From a virus, in IMG/VR virus record IMGVR_UViG_3300034351_000048, positions 16,225 to 80,224 of that record: a stretch of 64,000 bases of DNA. One strand, written 5' to 3'. The notes under the pieces were generated by a model. The model saw only the letters and a program-made list of their open reading frames with translations. It did not search any database and was not told the DNA's origin. Numbering within the stretch: the first letter of the stretch is position 1; every line of letters begins with the position of its first letter. Below, piece after piece: positions 1-10,187 of the stretch. A program made the translations under genes and the position numbers.

Positions 1-161
1 AGTCGAATTTCCATTATGAAATTCTTTGTGTATATAGTGTTATTTATAATATCTTTAGATAAATCTTGATTAATCTCTATAAAATCTCCACTTCTTTTCA
101 GTTCGTATAAATCTTTTATGAATTTTTGTGAAATATCATATCTTTCTTTTAATGTTTTCAT
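1..161 (-). CDS. hypothetical protein, partial (runs off left edge)
   Basis: Read by hand on the minus strand: GGAGG SD, ATG at 161, open frame MKTLKERYDISQKFIKDLYELKRSGDF... to the edge. Confidence 0.7.
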   Translation of the reverse strand, partial: MKTLKERYDISQKFIKDLYELKRSGDFIEINQDLSKDIINNTIYTKNFIMEIR

Positions 162-448
162 TTTTCCTCCAATTTTTTAATATATTTGTCAAAATTTGTG
201 TAAATTTTAGGGAGAATCTTAAAGTTTATTATATCATTTACATTTACTTCAAATTCCCCTAATATATGATCCTCATAATCACTCAAGATAAGATTATTTA
301 AAGCATTTTTTATTAATTTATTTCTTTTTTCTTTTAAGTTTGTAGATATATTTTCTTTGTTTTCATGTAAACTTTGAAATATTATTATCTCAAAATTCAC
401 CAACTCGGTTATTTTTGTTTCAATATTAGATACTATTTCACTAATCAT
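158..448 (-). CDS. hypothetical protein
   Basis: ORF track; overlaps neighbours in coupled fashion; GGAGG SD. Confidence 0.7.
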   Translation of the reverse strand: MISEIVSNIETKITELVNFEIIIFQSLHENKENISTNLKEKRNKLIKNALNNLILSDYEDHILGEFEVNVNDIINFKILPKIYTNFDKYIKKLEEK

Positions 449-707
449 AGATCAAATCCTCCATTGTTTCATAAAGTTTATTATTATTGTCAGTTGATAA
501 TGTAGGATTGAATTTCATATATTTATCTTTGAAGTTACTTAAGAAGTCGATAGAAAAAACCCATAATTTATTGTCAGAGAAAGATAAATATACTTTTTGT
601 TGGTTTATAACGGTTACTTTGATATTATAATAACCTTTTTTGAACAAATAATTCATGTTGTCATGTATTAATTTTGTTTGTTCGTAAGATAATTCTTGAT
701 TTTCCAT
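441..707 (-). CDS. hypothetical protein
   Basis: ORF track; AGGAG SD; promoter upstream. Confidence 0.75.
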   Translation of the reverse strand: MENQELSYEQTKLIHDNMNYLFKKGYYNIKVTVINQQKVYLSFSDNKLWVFSIDFLSNFKDKYMKFNPTLSTDNNNKLYETMEDLIYD

Positions 708-749
708 TTTTTAATCTCCTATTTTTTATTTTCTAATCTATATGTTATA

Positions 750-778
750 AATATACTAATATAATTATAAAAAGTCAA
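750..778 (-). promoter_or_regulatory. sigma70-type promoter TTGACT-N17-TATATT
   Basis: Member of a promoter family repeated about 12 times in the window. Confidence 0.75.
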
Positions 779-894
779 CACTTTTGTAAAATATTTTTAA
801 AATAAATTTGAATTTTTTATTTAATGTTTTGTGTGTTTGCTTATTAGAAAAGTAAAATGGGTGGAATTAGAAAAATTAAAAAAGAAATTTTATG

Positions 895-1644
895 TTATTT
901 TTTGTATTCTTTGGCTACTTTCTTTCGTATATATTCAAACCCTTTTTTAGTAACTAAAGTTACGGGTTTATTTCCAACTTCTTTAATCATTTTCTCTTTA
1001 ACTTTGAAATATCCAAGTTCAATATAAGGTTGTTTAGGAACATTTGAACCATTCAGCATAAACAATATCTCTTCTTCTCTTAAGAACTTGAATAATCTTA
1101 CAACTCCAATATCAATGCCTTTACTACTTAACAACTTTGCAACTTCATTCATAGTCATTAAATTTTCATCATTCATAAAATCGTCGTAAGAATTTGCTTT
1201 TGGTAAAAGAACTTGTTTCTCAGCTTCTAATTTTTCATTTTCAAGTGCTAATCTTCCAGCTTCTAAGAGGGCTTCGGCATAGGATTGTGGAATGTTATAT
1301 TGTTTTTCTTGTATTTCTTTTAATTTAAAATAACTTTTAACAAGTTTATTATACACATCCCATGCTTCGGATGTACCAATACTTTTAGCGTGTTTCAAAG
1401 CTCCTGATTCTGTCCATAAGTATATAGGTCTTTGAGAATTCTCACTATTCGAAAATTTCGAATATTCTTTATTGGACTTAGAAATAAGTATATAATCGAT
1501 GTTTTCAGTATATTGATTTTTATTATTATTGAAATTTTGTTGGATTTTTATTGGTTTAACACCATAAAATTCTGCTAATTCTTTAGTTGTTAAGACTATT
1601 TTTTCTTTATATTGTTTTTGATTTAATTTTGTTAGGTCTGTCAT
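895..1644 (-). CDS. antirepressor-like protein, ORF6N N-terminal domain + KilAC/ANT C-terminal domain
   Basis: VLTTKELAEFYG...NFNNNK...LWTESGALKHAKSIGT..AW (ORF6N); PQSYAEAL...LPKA..YD...VAK.L..G..RLFKFLRE...GYF...T.KG (KilAC). Confidence 0.85.
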   Translation of the reverse strand: MTDLTKLNQKQYKEKIVLTTKELAEFYGVKPIKIQQNFNNNKNQYTENIDYILISKSNKEYSKFSNSENSQRPIYLWTESGALKHAKSIGTSEAWDVYNKLVKSYFKLKEIQEKQYNIPQSYAEALLEAGRLALENEKLEAEKQVLLPKANSYDDFMNDENLMTMNEVAKLLSSKGIDIGVVRLFKFLREEEILFMLNGSNVPKQPYIELGYFKVKEKMIKEVGNKPVTLVTKKGFEYIRKKVAKEYKK

Positions 1645-1770
1645 AATTAGACTCCATCAACTATAAAAAACGCTCATTCACCAAAGGTAAACGTAACCAC
1701 AGCATTTAAATATAGTTAATGGATCAAAGAGGGTGGTTATTTCTCTTAAATCCATTAAAATAACTATACA
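1645..1770 (-). ncRNA. structured 5' leader, copy L1 (loop UAACCAC / bulge GUGGUUA; SD-sequestering switch)
   Basis: Hairpin 1711-1768; its 3' arm UCCAUUAACUAUA can alternatively pair with UAUAGUUGAUGGA over the SD; same architecture in four loci. Confidence 0.8.
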
Positions 1771-1775
1771 AATAA

Positions 1776-1803
1776 AATATAACATATTTATTTTAAAAGT
1801 CAA
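1776..1803 (-). promoter_or_regulatory. promoter TTGACT-N16-TATATT (TG-extended) driving leader L1
   Basis: Repeated promoter family; predicted +1 falls at the H1 5' end. Confidence 0.7.
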
Positions 1804-2093
1804 ATATTTAAGTTTAATTTTTTGAACCTCTCATCATTTATAACTTTATTTAGAGCTATTTTAAATAGCCTTGTAACATTCGATTTGTTACATTTTAAGA
1901 CCTTACTTATTCGAACATTCGAGTAATTTTCAAATACACGTAATCCGAATGCTAATTCTTGTTTTTCACTTAACTTTTCATCAATAATATCCTGAATTGT
2001 ATGCTTATTTGTTTTATCTTTGAAAAGTTGTCTTATTATATCAATTTTTTTTAATGTGCTTAAATTTTCCATGTTTTCTAACGTATTTTCCAT
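1800..2093 (-). CDS. sigma70 region-4-like HTH protein
   Basis: LSEKQELAFGLRVFENYSNVRISKVLKCNKSNVTRLFKIALNKV pattern. Confidence 0.65.
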   Translation of the reverse strand: MENTLENMENLSTLKKIDIIRQLFKDKTNKHTIQDIIDEKLSEKQELAFGLRVFENYSNVRISKVLKCNKSNVTRLFKIALNKVINDERFKKLNLNI

Positions 2094-2112
2094 TAAAATA
2101 TATCTCCTTTTA

Positions 2113-2562
2113 TTAAATTTTAGACCATTTTATTAAGCCCGTTAAGAATTCTACTAATTCACTTCTTTTTATTATAATTTCACTTTCCCTACTGAAAGCC
2201 CCGGATGCTATTTTTATATATTCAGATTTTTTAGGTTCAAAAGAATCTATAAAAGTACCTCTTATGGATGTTCCCCATGATATTTTATCATATAAGAAAG
2301 GCATATTGACCATTATAATGTAATTTTTGTAGTTCTTTTCGTTTTCTATATAGTGAAAAGTATCCTTATAAAGAATAGCTTCTAATACTTCGAGCATATC
2401 TTTTGCTAACATCTCATCCATTTCTCCATCATAGGTAGTAAAATCAAAAATTTCATTCCCTAAATGTTCTAATTTGCTATAATCGTCACCACCAACACAT
2501 GGATCATTTACCCAATCTTGGTAGTTTTTTTCAAGCATTTCAATATAATCATTCTCACTCAT
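2113..2562 (-). CDS. hypothetical phage protein
   Basis: ORF track; AAGGTG SD. Confidence 0.75.
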   Translation of the reverse strand: MSENDYIEMLEKNYQDWVNDPCVGGDDYSKLEHLGNEIFDFTTYDGEMDEMLAKDMLEVLEAILYKDTFHYIENEKNYKNYIIMVNMPFLYDKISWGTSIRGTFIDSFEPKKSEYIKIASGAFSRESEIIIKRSELVEFLTGLIKWSKI

Positions 2563-2580
2563 ATAAACACCTTCTATAAA

Positions 2581-3060
2581 TCATATTTTTTTTAACGTTT
2601 CAGATAAAAAATCTTTAGTTTTTTCTTCTTTTGATTTTATTAGAGCTTCTTCTTTTTCCTTTTCTTCTATATATTCGTCATACAACTTTATTGATTCTGG
2701 AATAGCTTCTTTGAAGATATTAAGTATTGTTTCAATAGATTTTTCATTTAAATAAGGATTAATAGAAGATTCCTCCCAAAATTCTTCATGTTTATAATAT
2801 TCAGTAAATCCTTTATCTTCTACATTTAGTTTAACATCTGGATTAGTAGGGTTATAATAATTCATTATCAACTCAATTTTTTCATCTAATTGGAATTTAT
2901 ATACATATTTGTTACCACTACACTCTCTATAAAAGTCAAACATTCCTTTTTTATAATATGGATATGGTAAATGGCAATTATATTTTTTCAAATGTTTAGC
3001 TCTAAATTTATCAAAAACGGTTTTAATTATACTAACATAATTTATATCACTATTATTCAT
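2581..3060 (-). CDS. hypothetical protein
   Basis: ORF track; GAGG SD; coupled to upstream ORF. Confidence 0.7.
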   Translation of the reverse strand: MNNSDINYVSIIKTVFDKFRAKHLKKYNCHLPYPYYKKGMFDFYRECSGNKYVYKFQLDEKIELIMNYYNPTNPDVKLNVEDKGFTEYYKHEEFWEESSINPYLNEKSIETILNIFKEAIPESIKLYDEYIEEKEKEEALIKSKEEKTKDFLSETLKKI

Positions 3061-3341
3061 TTAAGCCTCTCTATGAATTTATCTAAATACAATATTTTTT
3101 CATCAGATTCTAAAAAATCTATAAATTTTAGGTTCAAAACATCCAATTTTAAATTTAAACTATCGGTTTTATTATGGCATCCAAATACCTTGATCTCTAT
3201 ATCAAGTTTTTTATTAATAAATTCTAACCATATACTAAATTTCTTACATGGTTCTAACATAGGGATTTCATAAATTATAAAATTAAAATTTATCAAATTA
3301 TCTAAATTATATACAACATCATTAATAATAATGAATCGCAT
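3057..3341 (-). CDS. hypothetical protein
   Basis: ORF track; GGAGG SD. Confidence 0.7.
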   Translation of the reverse strand: MRFIIINDVVYNLDNLINFNFIIYEIPMLEPCKKFSIWLEFINKKLDIEIKVFGCHNKTDSLNLKLDVLNLKFIDFLESDEKILYLDKFIERLK

Positions 3342-3473
3342 TCAAACCTCCAAAATTCATGAATATACTATAAAAATAATAAAAAATTTACAAAAATACA
3401 AAAAATTTTACAAAAAAATTTGTTTTAATTTAAAAGTGTTATTATTTTAATATATATAGTTAAAGGAATTTTA

Positions 3474-5177
3474 ATGATTGATGTTTTTAATAAGTTATTA
3501 CAAATAAACTCAGGTAAAAAGATATCTTTAAGTAAGAAAGAGATACAACAATTACCTATAGAATTACAATATGAGTTATATAAACAACGTATTGATTATT
3601 TTACGAGGGATTTTTTAGATTTATTTCTATATAAGCACCATAGGCGGTGGATTAATCATATAGACACACATAAAAATTCTTTATTAATGGCTCCAAGAGA
3701 TCACGGTAAAAGTGAAACAGTGGGTAAAGCATTAGTTACACATAAGATATGTTTTAATCTTAATATACGAATTTTATTTATATCTGAAACAGTAGATAGT
3801 GTAGCGTTAAAATCTTTAAATCAAGTAAGACACGAATTAGAATTTAATGTAGAATTATTGGAATTTTTTAGAAAATATTATAAAAATCCAAGTTTTTCTT
3901 TTAGATTAAGAGGTAATACGTGGACTCAATCAGATTTTTTAGTAAATAGAACAAAGAACTTGAAAGAAAACACTGTTCACGCAGCTGGGGCTAAGACATC
4001 TATTACAGGCCAACATTATGATTTGATTATATGCGATGATATTATATCTGATAAGAGTGTAAGAGTAGAGAAACAAAGGGAAATTTTAAGAGAATGGTTT
4101 TCTAAAACATTAATAAACTTATTAGTAGATACAGAAGATTCTAAAATATGTGTAATAGGAACTCCAAAACATTATGATGATATATATAAAACATTAGAAG
4201 AGGGAAATGTATTTTCTGTATTAAGAGACAAAGCTATTATAGAAGGTGATTTAAATTCTGAGTATTATCAATATATTATAGATGAAAAAAATGATAGTGT
4301 GAAGGTTGTATTTCCACATGAAGAAGATAAATTAAGATATAAATTATTATGGCCTTATAATGAGAAAACAGGGCATGGTAAAACTATAGAAGCTTTATTA
4401 TTAAAAAAATATACGATGGACTCTATTGATCCAGGTCAATTCACACGTGAAATTCAGTGTGAAATTCTTGATGATGATTTATCTCTTTTTAGTTATTCTT
4501 TATTAGATTCGGCTAAAGACATACATCTTTCTTATATAGATGATATAAAAGAATTACCTAATTGGTATAGTAGTAAAAACATTCGATATATAATTCAATC
4601 TTGGGATTTGGCAGTAGTGTCTGATAAAAATAGAGCTACTCAAAGAGACACCGATTATACAGTTGGGATTACTTTTGGATTAGATGAGAATTTCAATAAA
4701 TATCTTTTAAATATATTTAGAGATCGTGGATTATCTCAATATGACTTAAAATCTAAAATATTTGAATTAGCAACTATTTTTAACCCTGATGCGGTTATAA
4801 TCGAAAGAAATGCGGCTCAAGATTTTATGGTTCAAGAATTGGCTGCGAGTACTAATATTCCTATATACCCACATACAACTACTAAAATGAATAAAAGCGA
4901 TAGTCTAAGAGGTCTTTTACAATTATGGCATACAAACTTATATAACCATAAGATAAAATTTCCTTATCATACAATGCAAGATAAGCGTAAAACAGATATT
5001 ATTTTTAATGAGTTACATCGATATGGAAGTGAAAAACACGATGATACTATAATGTCTATATGGTTTACGTTGTATTTTATAAGTAATAGTGAATTAATGA
5101 AAGCTTATAGAGAAACCCATGCTTTTCAGAGACCTACAAGGTCAAATAGACCGCAAATCCAAAGAGGGAAGCTATAA
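3474..5177 (+). CDS. terL: terminase large subunit
   Basis: Walker A APRDHGKS, Walker B LIICDD, VIGTP coupling motif, RNase H-like SWDLA...DYT...IERN...HDD. Confidence 0.95.
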   Translation: MIDVFNKLLQINSGKKISLSKKEIQQLPIELQYELYKQRIDYFTRDFLDLFLYKHHRRWINHIDTHKNSLLMAPRDHGKSETVGKALVTHKICFNLNIRILFISETVDSVALKSLNQVRHELEFNVELLEFFRKYYKNPSFSFRLRGNTWTQSDFLVNRTKNLKENTVHAAGAKTSITGQHYDLIICDDIISDKSVRVEKQREILREWFSKTLINLLVDTEDSKICVIGTPKHYDDIYKTLEEGNVFSVLRDKAIIEGDLNSEYYQYIIDEKNDSVKVVFPHEEDKLRYKLLWPYNEKTGHGKTIEALLLKKYTMDSIDPGQFTREIQCEILDDDLSLFSYSLLDSAKDIHLSYIDDIKELPNWYSSKNIRYIIQSWDLAVVSDKNRATQRDTDYTVGITFGLDENFNKYLLNIFRDRGLSQYDLKSKIFELATIFNPDAVIIERNAAQDFMVQELAASTNIPIYPHTTTKMNKSDSLRGLLQLWHTNLYNHKIKFPYHTMQDKRKTDIIFNELHRYGSEKHDDTIMSIWFTLYFISNSELMKAYRETHAFQRPTRSNRPQIQRGKL

Positions 5178-5476
5178 TGAAATACAAATATTTTAGATAT
5201 ATAGAATCAGGTGTTATACAACCCCTTGATGATTTAGATAATATTAAAGAATTAAAGAAAGATAGGAATATAGAATTATTATCCACACACCAAATTCAAG
5301 AAGAAATTTATGAAGTTATAAAAGAAACAAGGTTATTGTATAAAATTAGGAATAAAAAGAAATTGCTTGAAACTTGTATTGAACGTGTTAATTTTTATGT
5401 AGGATTAGATTTTGATGAATTTGATAAAGAATTTTCATGTTTTTACAACTATATCGTATCTAAAATATACACGTAA
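5177..5476 (+). CDS. hypothetical protein
   Basis: ORF coupled to terL (TAATG). Confidence 0.65.
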   Translation: MKYKYFRYIESGVIQPLDDLDNIKELKKDRNIELLSTHQIQEEIYEVIKETRLLYKIRNKKKLLETCIERVNFYVGLDFDEFDKEFSCFYNYIVSKIYT

Positions 5477-5541
5477 TTATTTTAAATTTTAAATTTATTA
5501 TAATTTTAATTATATTTATAAACAAAATAAAGGATGGAAAT

Positions 5542-5781
5542 ATGGATACAAATAAAACTTTTATATGGGATTTGTTTTTTAAGTTGTTTGATACAGCAGT
5601 AGGAACAATTATAATAATGGCTTGTTATTTTAGCTATTATTTAACATTAGAAATTCAAGAATGTATACAAGCAAAAGAATTTTTAACAGGTGAAAACTTT
5701 GTTATGAGCTTAATTTCTTTAGGTGTATTAATTGGAAGTATTGTAACAGCTGTTAAAAAGACAGTAGATAAGAATGCTTGA
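5542..5781 (+). CDS. small two-TM membrane protein (holin-like topology)
   Basis: Two hydrophobic segments and a basic C-terminus. Confidence 0.5.
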   Translation: MDTNKTFIWDLFFKLFDTAVGTIIIMACYFSYYLTLEIQECIQAKEFLTGENFVMSLISLGVLIGSIVTAVKKTVDKNA

Positions 5782-5959
5782 AATTAAATGCTGTCATATC
5801 TGTAAATATTTTAAAAAGTGTAAAATTGTAAAACAAATACAGAGAAAAGAATCTAATTTAAAGAAAAAAACTGATTTTGGTAAATTGTTTTGTATAGAAT
5901 TTGAAAAAATAAAAAGGATGGGAAGAGACTATAATGGAAAAGACAGAACAAACGAATAA
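5774..5959 (+). CDS. small Cys-rich (Zn-binding-like) protein
   Basis: CCHICKYFKKC...FC motif. Confidence 0.55.
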   Translation: MLEIKCCHICKYFKKCKIVKQIQRKESNLKKKTDFGKLFCIEFEKIKRMGRDYNGKDRTNE

Positions 5960-7742
5960 AACTAATAGCAATGTAAGACTAAAGGTGATTTCTAAGTCTA
6001 CACAATCAACTTTAGCTACTTATTTTGTAACTTCAAATGATATTGTGGATGGGGGTATTTTAGCTCCCATTTTTAATGAAAATTTGTATGATTTGATAAA
6101 TGATTCAGCCCCTTTCTCAATTTCTATACGAACAATTGCCAAATATACATGCGATAATGGGTTTAAGTTAGTATTAAAACAAAAAGAGCATGAAGAATTG
6201 ATAAAACAAAGTGAAAAATTAAAACGTAGGATAGAAGAATTACAACAACGACAATACAATTTAAATACTGAATTAGAAACAATAAAAAACGAAATTGGCA
6301 AATCCAATAATACAGTTACAAATGATGAAATACTTAAAGCAGAGGAAGATATAACTACACAAATATCTATATTACAGCATGAATTAAACGAGGCCCTCGA
6401 TAAGGAACGCTATGAAGAAGAAATAAGAAAAGAAAAAGCTCATATAGAGAATATACTGAAAAATATTAATCCTGAAAAATCTATAAATACCTTATTAAAA
6501 GAGGGATTAATACAAGGTTTGATTTATGGGTATACCGGATATGAGGTTGTTTTCAATTCTTTAAAAGATAGATTCCAATTAATTAGAATACCTACGCATG
6601 AATTAAGAATAACACAAAGAGATAGGGAATTTACAACATATAAAATTGAAGATGAAAATGGAAATGAAGTAGAAATGGATTGGAGATTTAGGAAATATGT
6701 TCAATATCAAGGAAATTTAGATATAACTGATAGCACTAAGTTTTCTACAGTTTATTTTAAAGATATAAACGATCCAAGAAATTTGAATTACACAACAGGA
6801 GAATATACTACAGAAACTCTACCAGATAATGTAGAAGCTAATCCTTGTATGTTTTTGAATTTTGGTATATTACAAGATAGAGAATACCCTTATCCTATAT
6901 GGTTAGGTGGATTCAATGATATAATGGGTTTCTATTACGCTACAAAATTAAATAAAAACTGGTTTGAAGATGGCATGCTTGTATCTATGGCTGTTGTTGT
7001 CGATGGTGTTCTTGATGAGGATACATACAATGAATTAACCACATTATTAGATTCGGCTAAAGGTATAGAGAACTCGGCAAAACTGATTGTAATAGAAAAC
7101 CTACAAAAGAACAACTCAGGATCTACAGTAGGATTAAATTTTAATTCAGGTATGGATAATAAATTTAATGTGAGTTTTGAAAAATTACCTGCTATGGATT
7201 TAAAAGATGGGCAGTTCTTAGAATACATTAGACAAACAATTAAAAATATTCGTATGTTGTTTAATATCCCTGCTATTTTACTTGGATTAGAAGAAAGTTA
7301 TAACAGAAATACTGCGATAATGGCGGTTGAAATGGCTAATCAGCAGTTTCAATCGTATCGATCCGAATTAGAAAACATGGTAAATAGAATACTTAAAGAA
7401 ATAGGGATAAAATACCATGAATTTAAGCTTAATACTCCAAACATTACCGATTATAAAGAAGTTGTTGAGATGCTTAAACCTTTTATAGAAAATGATATCA
7501 TACCTGTTAAGAATATACATGATATTTTTAATGAAATATTTAATACCGATGTTAAAGTAGAAGGTGAGGAAGATTTATTAATTTCTGAATGGAAAAATGA
7601 ACGTATTACAGAATTTGATAATATGAATAACACGGAAGAATCTAATGAAAATAGCATTGAAATACCTGAAAATGTTCAAAATGAAATCGGTAAAGTGTTA
7701 CAAAAACATAATATAAACTATACATTTTTTAAAATAAAGTAA
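5934..7742 (+). CDS. portal protein (PBSX/HK97-like)
   Basis: Position after terL; NKNWFEDG, KDGQFLEY...IRMLFNIPAILLG...YNRNTA motifs. Confidence 0.9.
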   Translation: MEKTEQTNKTNSNVRLKVISKSTQSTLATYFVTSNDIVDGGILAPIFNENLYDLINDSAPFSISIRTIAKYTCDNGFKLVLKQKEHEELIKQSEKLKRRIEELQQRQYNLNTELETIKNEIGKSNNTVTNDEILKAEEDITTQISILQHELNEALDKERYEEEIRKEKAHIENILKNINPEKSINTLLKEGLIQGLIYGYTGYEVVFNSLKDRFQLIRIPTHELRITQRDREFTTYKIEDENGNEVEMDWRFRKYVQYQGNLDITDSTKFSTVYFKDINDPRNLNYTTGEYTTETLPDNVEANPCMFLNFGILQDREYPYPIWLGGFNDIMGFYYATKLNKNWFEDGMLVSMAVVVDGVLDEDTYNELTTLLDSAKGIENSAKLIVIENLQKNNSGSTVGLNFNSGMDNKFNVSFEKLPAMDLKDGQFLEYIRQTIKNIRMLFNIPAILLGLEESYNRNTAIMAVEMANQQFQSYRSELENMVNRILKEIGIKYHEFKLNTPNITDYKEVVEMLKPFIENDIIPVKNIHDIFNEIFNTDVKVEGEEDLLISEWKNERITEFDNMNNTEESNENSIEIPENVQNEIGKVLQKHNINYTFFKIK

Positions 7743-7933
7743 TAGAATATATTACTTATCAATCCTTAACGCAAATCTTAAAAAATAATTAAAAAAATTC
7801 AATAATTTTTACAAATCTTTTCAATACAAGGGTATAATACAGTTTAAGTTTGTATATTATATGTTTTTATTTTACTATAGTATATATTAAAATGTTATAT
7901 TACATATAGTTAAATTTAAATTGGAGAAATTCT

Positions 7934-8926
7934 ATGAGTAAAGCACTATTTAAATTATCCAATGTTGATATTCATGAAATTTCTGTTACAAAATCACCCG
8001 CAGTTGAGGAAGCTACAGTAATTGTAAGAAAATCTGATAATTCTATTCAAATAGAAACAAACATTATACATAAAAATGATAAAGGCCAAATATTTCAATA
8101 TGCATTAGTCCCAAATAAACCTGACAAACAAGGGGATGTAATAACCGATAGTGAAATAGAAAAAGCTACAGAGAGATTAAAGAAAACAATATTTGACGGT
8201 GGATTACGTATAGGCAAGGAACATACGGACTTTAACAATGATGTTGTGGATTATGCTTTTACAGAGTATGACGATTCAGGATTTATAGCAAAACATTATG
8301 GGTTTCCGGAAGATAAAATAGTTAAAGGTGCTATGATTGTTGGAATGCAATTAACAGAATTCGGTAAAAGTGAATTTGATAATGGGAATTTTAAAGGAAT
8401 TTCTATAGGTGGAATAGCAGAAAAAGAAGATATAGAAAAATCTATAAATAACAATTCTAATGATATAATAAAATCGTTATTATCTACAATTTTAGGTATA
8501 AAAACAGATATAAATTTAGAACAGTTAATAAAAAATGCTGTAAATGAACAAATAGAAATTTTAAAAAATGATAAAACAGATAAATCGGAGGTTAAAAAAT
8601 CTATGGCTGATGAAAATAAAGATCAAAAATTAGATGAAACAAAGACTGGAAATGAAGTTTCAAAATCTAATACAGATCCAACACAAGAAAAGTTGTTAGA
8701 GCTTGAAAAAAGCTACAATGAACAGGTGAACAATAACAAGATTTTAATGGATTCTATAACAGAATTGAAAGATATTGTTAAAAATCTTAGTGGCAAACTG
8801 GATACAAATATAGAAACTGTAGATAAATTAGCAAAAGCTAAGGGTGTATCTAAAACCAATGATCCTCAACCATTTGAAAAAATGTTCCAAAATGGTTTAT
8901 TCGGGGATGATGAAGATCAAAAGTAA
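7934..8926 (+). CDS. XkdF-like prohead protease with C-terminal scaffold coiled coil
   Basis: EISVT..PA, LVPNKPDKQGDVI...EIEKA, EH, GNFKGISIGG. Confidence 0.85.
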   Translation: MSKALFKLSNVDIHEISVTKSPAVEEATVIVRKSDNSIQIETNIIHKNDKGQIFQYALVPNKPDKQGDVITDSEIEKATERLKKTIFDGGLRIGKEHTDFNNDVVDYAFTEYDDSGFIAKHYGFPEDKIVKGAMIVGMQLTEFGKSEFDNGNFKGISIGGIAEKEDIEKSINNNSNDIIKSLLSTILGIKTDINLEQLIKNAVNEQIEILKNDKTDKSEVKKSMADENKDQKLDETKTGNEVSKSNTDPTQEKLLELEKSYNEQVNNNKILMDSITELKDIVKNLSGKLDTNIETVDKLAKAKGVSKTNDPQPFEKMFQNGLFGDDEDQK

Positions 8927-8946
8927 GAGCAAAGGAGTTTTAAATT

Positions 8947-9873
8947 ATGGGTAATGTAGTAGATTTAAGAAAAGCGTTATCAACAGATAAACTTGGTACA
9001 TTGGGTGTTAGATCACCTGAACAGGCAAGAAGATTTATAGAAAAGCTTAGAGCTGAACCAACAACGTTACAATACGCAAATGTTGTTCAAATGAGTAATG
9101 AGAGTAGAGTTTTTAATAAATTAGATATAACAAGTAGATTTATAAAACCTGCTAATGAAGGTATAAGATTAAGTGATGGAGATAAAGTAGATCCCGCACA
9201 TAGCACTGTAACACTAACAACTTATAAATACATTGGTGAAATGGATATTACATATGAAACTATTGAAGATAATATCGCAAGAAACCAATTAATCCCACAA
9301 CTTAGAAGTTTAATTTCTAGAAAAGTTGCTGAAGATATTAGTGATTATGTTATGAATGGCGATACTACAAGTTCCGATGTTGAACTGAAAAGAATGAATG
9401 GGTTTTTGAAATTAGCTACTTCAAATGTATATGATTTAGTAAACAATCCTATTTCTTTAACACACTTTGATGGAGCTTTAGCTTTATTTCCTCTTAGATA
9501 TAGAACTCAATTAAGAAACTGTAAATGGATTTTACAACCAAGAACAAGAGATACATATATTTTAGGATTAACAAATGTAGATACAATGCTCGGTGATGAG
9601 GCAAGAAACACAAGATTAAACCCTAATCCTTTAGGTTATCCTATACAATTAGATTCTATTATCGATACTTATGCAAGTGGAAGTAATACAGACACAAGAG
9701 GTCTTTTTACAACACCTGAAAACATGTTAATAGGAATCTATAGACAATTTAATATTGATTTAATCGATGATAGACATAGAGAAGTGTTTACACTTCATGT
9801 AAGTGGTAGAGTTGGTTGTCAATACTTAGAAGAAGAAATGGTTGTTAAATTAAACAATATTCAAATTGCTTAA
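8947..9873 (+). CDS. major capsid protein (HK97 fold, XkdG-like)
   Basis: PEQARRFI, ITYETIEDNI, NGDT...NGFLK, PENMLIG; position after protease. Confidence 0.92.
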   Translation: MGNVVDLRKALSTDKLGTLGVRSPEQARRFIEKLRAEPTTLQYANVVQMSNESRVFNKLDITSRFIKPANEGIRLSDGDKVDPAHSTVTLTTYKYIGEMDITYETIEDNIARNQLIPQLRSLISRKVAEDISDYVMNGDTTSSDVELKRMNGFLKLATSNVYDLVNNPISLTHFDGALALFPLRYRTQLRNCKWILQPRTRDTYILGLTNVDTMLGDEARNTRLNPNPLGYPIQLDSIIDTYASGSNTDTRGLFTTPENMLIGIYRQFNIDLIDDRHREVFTLHVSGRVGCQYLEEEMVVKLNNIQIA

Positions 9874-9895
9874 TTGAAAATTTTGGAGGAAGTGA

Positions 9896-10186
9896 ATGAA
9901 ATTAGCTTTAAAGGTTGGATCACAATATTCGGTGGCAATACCTAATAAAAAATCAACAGGGCATAATGATAAGTTTTTAAAAATTAAATTTGTTAAGAAT
10001 GAACCTGTTGAAGTAGATGAAACTTTAAAAACAAGTGATAATCAAAAATTAACTAAGTATCTTTTATCCATGAAAGAAATTATTTCACATGGTGGAGATA
10101 CAATTGAAAGAAATATTTTTGATGAAATTAAAGAAGAAATAGAAGAAGATAATAAAATAGATACAAACAAGAAAGGAGCTAAATAA
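9896..10186 (+). CDS. hypothetical head-region protein
   Basis: ORF; GGAGG SD. Confidence 0.7.
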   Translation: MKLALKVGSQYSVAIPNKKSTGHNDKFLKIKFVKNEPVEVDETLKTSDNQKLTKYLLSMKEIISHGGDTIERNIFDEIKEEIEEDNKIDTNKKGAK

Positions 10187-10187
10187 G

